48,078 nucleotides of DNA, taken from Nemertoderma westbladi (taxonomy: Eukaryota > Animalia > Xenacoelomorpha). This document shows positions 1 through 10,518 of the stretch, piece by piece. Under the pieces are notes generated by a model. It ran no database searches. It saw only the letters and a program-made list of their open reading frames with translations, and had not been told where the DNA came from. Location: contig JAUCBJ010001358.1 in the NCBI GenBank assembly GCA_032718475.1, positions 1 through 48,078 of the forward strand, read 5' to 3'. A program made the position numbers and the translations under genes. Position 1 is the stretch's first letter; every line of letters begins with the position of its first letter.

Positions 1-134
1 ACAAAGACGGATCTTCCTATGATGGACAAATTTGGTATTTTGGCAGACTTAAATAATTTTCCAGCTCTTAATGAAATGGTAATCAAGCAATGTCCTGGTT
101 CAAGTAAGGATGACATATGGATAATTTGCGCAAG
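1..134 (+). CDS. Probable internal exon of the DEG/ENaC channel gene (5' end outside window)
   Basis: Open frame 1 (TKTDLPMMDKFG...WIICA) ending AG|GTGAAT; the phase-2 donor matches the phase-2 acceptor at 10519 (AG+A = Arg). Linkage inferred from phase only. Confidence 0.4.
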
Positions 135-429
135 GTGAATTTTACTATTTAGCTACCTTTACACTGTGTTTTTGTTAGATAATTGCCTATAAAGGTTACA
201 TAAATATGTCATGACCGTCTCCGTATAAGAACCTTTTAACTTATCCTTTTATTTTGCATATTATGTAGCTTTAACATGGAAATAAAAATCATATGTAACC
301 TGCGGACCCATCCCCATCATAAGTTGAAACTGTGCATTTTAATAATATTGTTCCTACCATTTTACATATTATGATTTGTTTTTATTGTGTATATATATAT
401 ATACCTCTGTTTATATATATATATATATA

Positions 430-740
430 CAAAAATGTTCTTATCTCTCTCAATACCAACCATACGTGTAGGTTTTCCTCAATTTTAAAATAATTATGGA
501 AAAATAATATTTTTATTTATTTTTTTGCATGTGTTTCGCCGGGATTTGGCTCATCAGCTACACTAACCCGTGCAGGACACATGTTAATCTAACTAACTAC
601 ACCAAAAACCAGCAAAACACACACACGCAAAAACAAAATAGGATTGCATTCCAGATCAAATACACAATCATTTCCTTAGCAACACTAAATAATTTTAAAT
701 AATTTTACTCTTGATAATTTTGGCCTAAGTACTAAAATTT
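430..740 (-). repeat. Inverted copy of the hammerhead-bearing 468-bp repeat unit (internally deleted)
   Basis: Reverse complement matches 4897-5160 and then about 4836-4880; segment order is consistent with the tandem unit. Confidence 0.85.
528..583 (-). ncRNA. Type III hammerhead ribozyme (copy 1)
   Basis: Minus strand reads CAUGUGUC-cugcac GGGUUA guguag-CUGAUGA-gcc AAAUCCC ggc-GAAACACAUG: intact core, GUC cleavage triplet, three stems. Confidence 0.9.
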
Positions 741-787
741 CGTACTAAAATAGGTAGTAAGTACTAAAATTCTGGCCTATTTTTCCA

Positions 788-3700
788 TACTACTACTACT
801 AGGTCGAGCGAACTCGGACAGTGGAAATGAGGTCCTTCCAGGCTTCCCGATTCTCCATAGTTGTCGCAATTTCGTTTCTCCCAAGTTCAGTATCCCTTTC
901 AAGTTGATCTATATATGTTATGGCCGGTCGTCCACGACTACGCTTTCCATGAGTTGGTTGCCAGAGAAGTAGATCTGGTATGACCTCGTCTTTACTTCGC
1001 CAGCAGTGCCCACTGAATCTTAATCTGCGTTCACGGAGGGTGGTTGATACAGGTGGTATTGTACCATAAAGCTCGGCGTTTGTCATGTGTTGTCTCCAGC
1101 TGATGTTTAGGGCTGCCCTTAGTAGTCTTGTGTAGCAACCATCAATTCGTTGTTCAAGTGATTTAGTCAGTGTCCAGGTCTCACCCCCGTATAAAAATAC
1201 ACTTTCCACTGTGGCTCGAAAGAACTTAGTCTTCAGGTGCCTGGAGAGATCTGATTTCCAGATGGTATCCATTTTTGATAGAGCTACCCAAGCCTTTGCT
1301 TTCCTAACTTCTATGTCCTTTTTGCTACTCTCTATCCATGATCCAAGGTACTGGAAGTCATCGACCTTCCTTAGTTGATTATTATCAATGGTTGTCAAGT
1401 TTCCATCAACATTAAAGTTCATGAATTCGGTCTTGGTAGCATTTATATGCAATCCAACCTCCTTAGCAGCCCTCTCCACTTTATTTAGTAGAAGCTGTGC
1501 ATCTGCTAGCGTATTAGAGAGCAGGGCGATGTCATCCGCAAAGTCGGTGTCTGTGACTGTAGATGCCGGATATCTACTACTTCTGCGTTCTTGAAGTGTG
1601 AATCCCAGATCTTCACCCTTTGTGGCCGTCCTCATTGCGTAATCCAGCACAATTACAAATAGTAATGGTGCTAATGTGTCACCTTGCAGTACGCCAGCCA
1701 GGATTGAGAAAAACTCAGTTTCACCATCTGGTGAGAGTACATGCGCTTCTGTGTCACAATATAACAATCCAATGCCAGCAACAATTACTTCTGGTATTCC
1801 ATAAGCTCTTAGGATTTCAAGCATTTTACCTCTATGGATGGAGTCGAATGCCTTCTTGAAGTCCACAAAAGTCATGACTGCGGGGAGATTCTTTGACTTA
1901 ATTCCTTCAATCAGTCTCTGTAGTGCAAGTATCTGAGCTATTGTTGTTCTACTTGGTCGAAATCCGTTTTGGCTCTTACGCAGTAGTTTCTCTATGTGAG
2001 GCCTAATCCTATATAGAATCATTTTATAGTATATTTAGGCAGCTACCACAAGCAGACAGATCCCACGATAGTTTGTTGGTATGCCGAGGTCTCCTTTCCC
2101 GGCTTTAGTTGACCTTTAGTCCAAATTGGTGGTGGCTTTTCCCCTTTTAACATCCGGTTGCAAACATTCAATAATGGTCTATTTAGCACTCCGGTTTTCC
2201 ATACCACCGCTGGGATTTCATCTAATCCACTCGCTTTATTATTGGACATGCTTTTAATGCTTCTTTGGAGTTCGGCAGGTGTGAAGTCCCCTGTTTCTAT
2301 AGGTAGTGTCTTGTCATATATTTTCCTTGTAGGGCTGACCTCGATGTTTGGTGGCTGCCCAAGCAAGTTGCTGAAGTGATTTTTCCACTTCCCAACACGT
2401 TCTTCAGGACTATCGGCTTTGAGGCGCCCCTTTGCACAACTTTTCCGACCAGATACCTCATTTACAGTTTGCCAGGTAAGTCTTGATTGTTGCTGTATGT
2501 GAGCAGTTGTAACTGCTTCAGTTTTATCCTGTATGTACTTTTCCTGGCTGATGTTGTAGGCCAATTTAAGATCGTCCTTAGCTTTCTCAACCTTGTTAAT
2601 GTTTTCGGTTGTTGGTTGTTCGGTTTTAACTTTGTAGGCTATCTTAAGATCTTCTCTCTTACAAGTAACCTCAGAGTTTTGCCATGGCACATACTGTTTT
2701 CGTTTAGGTTTCTGGGGGATATGCCTCTTAGCTGATTCTTTGTGGGCTGTTATTATATTCTGGTATATTGAATCGGTGGATTGGTCTTCATCCATTGACT
2801 GAAGTGCTTCAAAGCGGTTTTGAACTTCTACTGTATAAGCATCCTTTACAGCATTGTCAGTTCTGAGTTTCTCCCAGTCATAGTTGATTTGCTTGCTTGT
2901 CCTGGGTTTGCTGTCTCTCAAACTGAGTCTGATCTCTGCAGTCACAATTCTGTGGTCCGAACCAATTAGGTTGAACGAACTGTATGCCTCGCAGTTGATC
3001 ATGCTATTTCTCCACTTTTTGTTTATAAGGATGTAATCCAGTTGTGCTTTGGTTCCATTAGGGTATTGAAAGGTCCATAGCTTCCACTTACTCTTTTCGA
3101 ATGTGTTGTTTGTTGGTATCAATTCACATTCTTCCATTAGGTCTAAAAGTAAGTACCCATTTCTGTTAGAACTGGTGTTATAGGTGTAACCCTTGATGTC
3201 TTCTGGGCCAATTTGCGCATTCAGGTCACCAGCAATGACTTTAACATTGTGTTTCGGGATGTCCTTAATAAGTCCAGTCAGTTCTTCATAAAACTTGACT
3301 GCTTGTTCTGGCTCTGATGCATTGGATGGACTGTAGCAACATATAACTGTTGTCTTGGGATTCCCATCAAATGTTGCGATCATAACCCTGGAATTTATAG
3401 ATTCGATGTTGTTTAGGGTCTAAAGTGCAAATGGGCTTAGCAGAATTCCTACTCCACCAATTGATGCATTGGCCGAGTTTCTTACTGCTGAGCTTGTTAC
3501 TAAGTCCATCCATTTCCAATGCCATTGTACTTCATGGAAGTGTCTTCATGACAAATCCGATGTTCTTGGATGCAGATGATGTCGATGTAATATTCCATTG
3601 CCAGAGCGACCATGTCACCCTGTTTGCTCTGTGCTTTCAGCGTGTGTGCTTTCATTGTAGCAATCTTTAGTGTCTTTTTACATTTCAACAGGTTGGTTCT

Positions 3701-4330
3701 TCTTTCTTCTCTGTCTTCTGTTCCAGTAGCCAATTTATCGACCCCAGCCTGGTGTACCACTGAGGGACGCGGTCCTTGTTGACCCGGGCGACGACCGAGC
3801 CGGTATTTCTCCTGGAGGGTTCTCATACTCATATCTTTCAGTTGCGGGAGTAAACCGCTTGTGGTCGCAACTCCTACAAGCGTCTTCGCAGTAGGTCGCC
3901 GTTGGTTGATTACCTTCCGCCGACCTTGTCAGCATGTCTGTCTAGCCGTTGGTTGATTACCTTCCGCCTATCCATGGCTTACAGCCCTGCTGCCGACTGT
4001 AGGGGTCCATTTGTTACACCCTGAACCAAGTGTGCCTCCTGGGTTAGGTTACCTAACACCGGTAGAGGAGCATCCAGTATAGCCAGGGCGGGGCTTGTAT
4101 CATGTCTAATGCAGATGCGTATCAAGCCTTTGCCTTCAATGGTGCCCTAGGCGCTATAGCCCTCAATGACTTATTTAGTTGACGGGGCTGAACCAACCCA
4201 CTCTTGATCAACTAAATAATGAATAGGCTATGCTTATCGGGCCTGCCCTGCCCTACTGGGCTGACAGCTACAGATAGTACCACATTACTGCCATAGTGGT
4301 AGCAGGATCTGGGGACCTGACCTGACCTGA
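788..4330 (-). mobile_element. Near full-length, decayed RTE-clade non-LTR retrotransposon (family 1)
   Basis: APE endonuclease (IICIQEHR, AGDLNA, LDYIL, SDH) in ORFs 3500-3832 and 2043-3383; RT (FVDFKKAFDS, GVLQGDTLAP, FADDIALL, YLGS) in 799-2022; frameshifts/stops near 3500, 3420, 2110, 2035; (TAG)n 3' tail at 788-801; about 500-nt 5' UTR starting with (TCAGG)3. Confidence 0.95.
799..2022 (-). pseudogene. Reverse transcriptase portion of RTE family 1 ORF
   Basis: Non-LTR RT motifs QNGFR, DFKKAFDS, QGDTLAP, FADD, RRLRFSGHCWR; cut from upstream EN part by stop/frameshift. Confidence 0.92.
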
Positions 4331-4384
4331 ATAGTAAATATATAGTAAATATGAATGAAGAAGATTTTATTTAATAGTAGTAGT

Positions 4385-4576
4385 ACTAACTGCACCAAAA
4401 ACCAGCAAAACACACACACGCAAAAACAAAAGGAACCCTTCAGTATTGTTTTAAAAAGGGTTTCCTCAATTTTTGCATAATTATTTTAAAATTGAGGAAA
4501 CCCTTTTTAGAACAATACTGAAGGGTTTCTTTTGTTTTTGCGTGTGTGTGTTTTGCTGGTTTTTGGTGTAGTTAGT
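4385..4576. repeat. Long imperfect palindrome (about 90-bp arms) built from the hammerhead repeat unit
   Basis: actaactgcaccaaaaaccagcaaaacacacacacgc...cctcaatttt / aaaattgagg...gcgtgtgtgtgttttgctggtttttggtgtagttagt are near-exact reverse complements with a short AT spacer. Confidence 0.85.
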
Positions 4577-4584
4577 TAGATTAA

Positions 4585-4640
4585 CATGTGTCCTGCACGG
4601 GTTAGTGTAGCTGATGAGCTAAATCCCGGCGAAACACATG
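4585..4640 (+). ncRNA. Type III hammerhead ribozyme (copy 2)
   Basis: Same motif; stem II gcu/ggc (U-G wobble keeps pairing); predicted cleavage after 4592. Confidence 0.9.
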
Positions 4641-5052
4641 CAAAAAATAAATAAAAATATTATTTTTCCATAATTACTCTAAAATTGAGGAAAACCTTTT
4701 TAGAACAATACTGAAGGGTTGCGTTAAACCCGAAAATGTTCAGAAAATAGTAGCGATTTTTAAGTGACTGAGTGGTTTATATATATTTTTTGAGAAAATA
4801 TAATTTAATGTAATTTTTTATTGGTAAACCACCTGACACACATATGGTTGGTGTTGAGAGAGATAGGAAAAATTTTGTAAAGATAAATCCCAACCAATTT
4901 AGTACTTAGGCCAAAATTAGCAAGAGAAAATCATCAGTTAAAATTATTTAGTGTTGCTAAGGAAATGATTGTGTATTTGATCTGGAATGCAATACTATTT
5001 TGTTTTAGCGGGTGTGTGTTTTGCTGGTTTTTGGTGTAGTTAGTTAGATTAA

Positions 5053-5108
5053 CATGTGTCCTGCACGGGTTAGTGTAGCTGATGAGCCAAATCCCGGCGA
5101 AACACATG
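5053..5108 (+). ncRNA. Type III hammerhead ribozyme (copy 3)
   Basis: Identical to copy 1; predicted cleavage after 5060. Confidence 0.9.
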
Positions 5109-5287
5109 CAAAAAATAAATAAAAATATTATTTTTCCATAATTATTTTAAAATTGAGGAAAACTTTTTAGAACAATACTGAAGGGTTGCGTTAAAGCCGA
5201 AAATTATCAAATAAATCCTTAATGAATGAATGATGTCACAATCAGTATGATGTATTTATGAGGGAATGAGGGAGAGTTGTTTATGTA

Positions 5288-5668
5288 GTGTGCGTGCTGG
5301 GTGCTGGGTGCTGCGTGCTGGGTGCTGCGTGCTGGGTGCTGCGTGCTGGGTGCTGCGTGCTGGGTGCTGCGTGCTGGGTGCTGGGTGCTGCGTGCTGGGT
5401 GCTGGGTGCTGGGTGCTGCGTGCTGGGTGCTGCGTGCTGGGTGCTGGGTGCTGCGTGCTGGGTGCTGCGTGCTGGGTGCTGCGTGCTGCGTGCTGGGTGC
5501 TGGGTGCTGCGTGCTGGGTGCTGCGTGCTGGGTGCTGGGTGCTGCGTGCTGGGTGCTGGGTGCTGCGTGCTGGGTGCTGCGTGCTGCGTGCTGGGTGCTG
5601 CGTGCTGGGTGCTGCGTGCTGGGTGCTGCGTGCTGGGTGCTGCGTGCTGGGTGCTGGGTGCTGGGTGC
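5288..5668. repeat. 7-bp minisatellite (GTGCTGG / GTGCTGC)n
   Basis: About 54 interleaved copies of two heptamer variants; explains the four overlapping repetitive ORFs. Confidence 0.97.
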
Positions 5669-6455
5669 ATGCTCATGCGTCAGACATCATTACCTTCCCG
5701 CTTCCCAGTTATTTTAAATTTCTATGAATCTCAGGTAGAAGCGAAAACAATATCAGGATCCGACCCACCGATTATTGTAGCTGATGTTGCAGAGGATATC
5801 CCTTCAGATAGTCTGTGATTGACAGGAATTTAGGTATATAGAGAATCCTAAAAGTTTTGTTTGGAACTTATTTTGGAAATAATGATCTAATATTTCTTAA
5901 TATATTCTATTAAACGCTCCTGACTTAAAATGGGTAATTTTTCTTTGCGTCAAATGAAAATATATTAGTTATTAATATATCGTATATTAATATATTAGTT
6001 TGATCCAAGAATCTATTCTATAAACCCCATAATTTTACGTAATATGGCCACTACCTGGTGAACTGCAATAATTAATGCAAAAGTAAAATTCTTTATTCTT
6101 AAATTGTAAATTTTTGATCAAATATACTCCTAAATCATGAGAAAATTTAGTACTTTGGTATTAGTATTAGTAATTTAGTAATTTGAGTACTTTTTTTACC
6201 CTAGGGGAAAAAAATAACCTCATATAGTATTGCATTGATTTGATTTTTACTTGGGTTGAAAGAGCATCGAAGTAGGAAAGGTTTGCAAGTAATTGGAGCA
6301 AAATATAAACACAAACTGAAAAGTTATTGCAACTTTAGTGTATGAAAGGCGAACTCCAAAACGGAACTCAATATCTAATATTGGTTTGTGTAGTTAAGCG
6401 GCTCTCTAGTTACTTAATAAATATTTAACATTGAATTGAGTAAGGTAGCAGCTTC

Positions 6456-6487
6456 AAGGCGTCCTAAACTATAGTTTAGGACGCCTT
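6456..6487. repeat. Perfect 32-bp palindrome
   Basis: aaggcgtcctaaactatagtttaggacgcctt equals its own reverse complement. Confidence 0.9.
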
Positions 6488-6868
6488 TGGGCAGCATGAA
6501 GGAGTTGAAGAGTACAATATTGGAATGGTAGTAACTATGGAAGCGCAAATTATTTTTCCCTCAATTTCTTTTGTAACACTATTATTACGTTCTATCTCTT
6601 ATTAAAGAATTTAGCAAAAAAGGTACAAATTTAAGAAGAATATTACGTATTAATTGGGGAAAAACTTAGAACATGTTGATCACTATTCTCGAGGCATTAT
6701 ATTTACTGAGCGCCACCAGCGAGGTTTTAATGAGAAAAAAGTTATAATTTTTTCCCAAGTAATAAATTGTTACGAATTATATTTATTTATTTATAAAGCA
6801 CGTTAAAAGCAAAAAACCTTGCAGTTAAGTGTGTTAGTACCAAAGTATTTAAAACACTAAAAAGCAAC

Positions 6869-6942
6869 AAGAGAGAGGTGTGTAAGGAAGATTAAGAGAT
6901 AGGTCTGTAAGGAAGATTAAGAGAGAGGTCTGTAAGGAAGAT
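6869..6942. repeat. 25-bp tandem repeat x3
   Basis: aagagagaggtctgtaaggaagatt repeated three times with 1-2 changes. Confidence 0.85.
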
Positions 6943-6966
6943 AACTAACCACTGGGAAGCAGCACC

Positions 6967-7027
6967 ACAAACTTACGCCAATCACGTTTCTGCTGGTTGA
7001 TAGTGGGCTTGCGTGTTTGAATGTAAT
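6967..7027 (-). mobile_element. Short Penelope-like element 3' fragment
   Basis: Reverse complement matches 10293-10353 (YIQTCKPAINKQKRDWRKF). Confidence 0.7.
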
Positions 7028-7238
7028 CCAAACACACATGCTAATCCAACATGGTAAGACAGGCAGAGCAGTTAACTAGTTAACCAGTTATCTGTTCTTT
7101 TCTTGGACACAGTGGTACTAATACTGGTACTTGGGTAGGCCTAACTGGCTGGAACAAACTGTACAGCTGTACTGCTCTATTGAATAATTGATGTGTTTAA
7201 TACGCATATATATATAGTATAAAGAAAACGTCAAACGT

Positions 7239-8625
7239 GTGATAATGCCAAAATGCGTTGATTGTAGTACTGCATTCTCAAAGCTCTCTCAAAATGGTTT
7301 ATGTTCGAAATTTCGTGATGCCCGTTTGACTACACCCCCTAGTCAAACCACCGGAAATAGATGCTCACCCTACTCAGCCGAACCCAATCTTCAAGTTAAT
7401 CCTAATGTAAAGCGTTGTTCCAACTCATTGCAGACCTCAGCTTACTTCCCTGATGAGGAAAGCCGTGTTAAATCGCACAGTGATAACGATAATAATAGTG
7501 TGGATAAGATAAAGAAGACAATGCCGTTACTCATTCGGCATTCGCCCCCCCCCCCCCCCCCCCCCCCCCCTGGGAGAAGCTGTTATCAGGCCAACAGTGT
7601 ATTTAATATAGCTTATCCGATGTAAATAAACAGATCTCCTAACATATCTGTGCTATCTGTGCTAGCCGATCTAACAAATCGCCTTATTGGAGTCGAATTG
7701 GAGAATATGCAACTGCGTAAAGAAGTCTTTGGTATCTAGTTAAACAAACAACAACCGATTCCAAAATCATGATGCTAGAAAACGAAAACAGTGAGATTCG
7801 AAGAGAGAATGCTGAACTATAAAAACTGTTTGTGCGCAACAACAGCGGTTTTGTGAATCAGTCGATCGCTCTGTCGAGAAATCTTAATATCCTGGGTGTT
7901 TCAGAAGAGGAGAATATTGGATTAGCTGCGAATGATAAGGACAAATGTTATGTTATCTTTAACAGAATTTGTTGCCCAATGGATGTTTGCGCTCTGTATC
8001 GAATCGGGAATAATAAAACTGCCAATACACGTTCAATCCTTGTTTCTCTGGGACCAACAGATGATAGGAAGAAAATCCTAGAATCATCCAAATCTTTAAA
8101 AGGTTCCAGCGACCGTCAACACGAAAAAATATATATATAACCTGACATTCATCCAGTGATCCGGAAGGAGTAAGGGAGGATTAAAAAGAGGGAGGAAGAG
8201 GAGAAAAGAAAACCCTGTAATCAGGGTTGTTCTATTTGTTATTCTCACAAACACCGGTCCCTCTTCCGCAACGGTGTAGAAATTTACTTCTTTCGGCCTT
8301 CTTTTTTAGGGACAGCACACATAAACCAACAGACCAATTAAGAATATGCTCCTGGAATATAAATGGATGGATTATGGATAAAACTGATTGTGTATATTGA
8401 TTGTGGAAACCTGACAATGAGCAAGCTGGAGCTCAGCGTAACCGAAGCCGCTTTGAATATATTATTGCATTGCGTCTGATAATCGATTTTGCCAGGAAAA
8501 CAAAGTATAAATTATGCAAGCTGGAGCTCAGCGTAACCGAAGCCGCTTTGAATATATTATTGCATTGCGTCTGATAATCGATTTTGCCAGGAAAACAAAG
8601 TATAAATTATTCGTTGTTTATGTCG
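7239..8625 (+). mobile_element. Internally deleted LINE relic (ORF1 + ORF2 start + RT fragment), RTEX-like
   Basis: ORF1-like RNLNILGVSEE...YRIG...RSILVSL...KILESSKSLK...KIYI; APE start LRICSWNING at about 8338; RT piece EQAGAQRNRS...LRLIIDFARKTKYKLFVVYV duplicated in tandem (95 bp: 8421-8515, 8516-8610). Confidence 0.75.
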
Positions 8626-9343
8626 AGTGTGCTCCTGCAATGGAACCGACATACAGGACGAAAATCATGTACCGGTATTGTTTTACTGTCATAAAACAGA
8701 GAATGTCAGATTAAAACATCACATCAATTTCTTCCACTCACTAGACGACTTAGATAGCTTGACCAATAATTTACACGACTTATTTACACGTTCGTAGGGC
8801 CTTCGCGTAGCACGAGGTCAAATTAAACAGAGTCTATGCTCACCTTACTTCGTGGCTCGCCCCACATTGTTGTTGAGATATAAAATAACTTTTTCCTAAA
8901 GTTTTTTTACTAGTTGAAGCCAAATATTGCATTTGTTGGTCACTTCAAACCTAACTATCGGTTATATTTATTTATCTATTTATATTGTATGCATAATCAT
9001 TCTTGAACATTATCGTATTATAGTTATTTATTTAGAAACCTATGTAGTATTTGACCTAATATTCGTCTCAAACCTAACTAACAGTTACTGTATATTTATT
9101 TATTTATATTGTGAGTAAAATCATTCGTGAACATTATCGTATTATAGTTATTTATTTAGTAATCTATATTAATAGTGTAGTAGTATTAGTATCTATATTA
9201 ATCATGCAATAAATAATTATTTACTAACGTTTATTCATACACCATTATTGTGTCTTTATAAAGTGTCTCATTTATATTTGATGGTCATGTGTGCGCTATC
9301 TCATAACTGTTATTCTTAATGACAATAAACTAACTAACTAACT

Positions 9344-9666
9344 AATACATTTCAAGCTTTTGCAAGACTGCCCGCAATGGGTGTCTAGCAATTACTTTGA
9401 AGTGTTTAAACAATTCAAGCCAGCCAACGTGTATTGGGCTCGCCACGGTGCGTCATGATGTGGTTGTGCTTCAACATATTCCCCCTTACAAGAGGGACAA
9501 GAGAAAGAGTAAACGACTTTAGACGCAAGGATATCCGGGACGGGATGTTTTAGAGATGGGAGTGACTGGCGCAGTTTCGACGTAGTGAAAACGAACCAAA
9601 CTGGCCGTCTGCAAGACCTGGGCATAAGTCTTAGCCACTTTCGAACAAACAGATTGGTTTTCCGAC
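9344..9666 (-). mobile_element. Penelope-like element GIY-YIG fragment (inverted copy)
   Basis: SKVVYSFSCPSCKGEYV resembles the PLE GIY-YIG motif VVY..xC..C...YVG; reverse-complement similar to 9937-10295. Confidence 0.8.
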
Positions 9667-9936
9667 ATCGGTACTCAAACTTACAGATTATGGGCTTTGA
9701 ATCATCAGCAGCCGCCTGGTCCACCGAGTCACTGACCTTGGTTGGGACAACTGTTGGTGCCTCGCCCCCATAACCACTACTTGCACGCCCCCTAGCGGCT
9801 TGAACAACGGCTAGCTCATGCTCGACTACAGCATCAGCATATTTTGGTTCTTGCTCAGAATATACTTAGCATCCCCAATATCGGTATAGAGTTGGGAACG
9901 ATCCCCACCCTTACTGGCGTTAAAGATGCGACCAAG

Positions 9937-10390
9937 GTCGAGCAACCGATCTGTTTGTTCGAAAGTTGCGTGGACTTTCTACCCAGGTCTTGCACACGGC
10001 CAGTTCGGTTCGTTTTCACTCTGGAGTGGAACATGGACATCTAAACTGCGCCAGACATTCCCATCTTTAAAACATCCCGTCCCGGATATCCTTGCGTCTA
10101 ATGTCGTTTACTCTTCTCTTGTCCCTTTTGTAAGGGGGAATATGTTGGACACACCATCCAAGCACAACCGCATCATGACGCACCGCGGCGAGTCCAATAC
10201 ACATTGGCTGACTGACTGGCTTGAATTGTTGAAACATTTCAAAGTAATTGCTAGACACCCATTGCGGTCAGTCTTGCAAAAGCATGAAATGTATTACATT
10301 CAAACATGCAAGCCCGCTATCAACAAGCAGAAACGTGATTGGCGTAAGTTTGTTCGTAATTATTGGATACTCAAGCTTCTACTTCAATAA
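9937..10390 (+). mobile_element. Penelope-like element GIY-YIG fragment
   Basis: KHPVPDILASNVVYS...GEYVG (frameshifted)...HFKVIA...EMYYIQTCKPAINKQ, typical C-terminus of PLE endonuclease (E..yI...kP.lN). Confidence 0.8.
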
Positions 10391-10518
10391 ATTATTATTA
10401 TTTAATTAATATATTTTAGCTTAATGTATATTTTAATAATTTTTTTATTGTCAATTTATCCCGATGGGTGTGTATAATTAAATCACAATAATTTTCTGTC
10501 TTTTTTGTTTAAATTTAG

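Larger units (their letters stand above)
4478..5205 (+). mobile_element. Retrozyme-like tandem repeat (unit 468 bp) with hammerhead ribozymes
   Basis: Segment 4530-4737 recurs 468 bp later (about 4998-5205); each copy carries a hammerhead; no ORF. Confidence 0.75.

Noticed and set aside
4240-4330. HDV-like ribozyme at RTE 5' end
   Set aside because: Could not assign P1/P3/L3 consensus by eye; kept only as a structured UTR.
5266-5818. Four Cys/Trp/Gly- or Pro/Ser/Thr-rich ORFs
   Set aside because: By-products of a stop-free 7-bp satellite open in all frames.
7450-7470. Other CTGATGA matches (7450, 23973, 28588, 34967, 35233)
   Set aside because: No flanking stems or correctly placed GAAA; chance or coding sequence.
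7545-7570. Poly-C tracts (also 23218-23237, 39402-39424) giving poly-Pro/Gly
   Set aside because: Homopolymer microsatellites in non-coding or decayed sequence.
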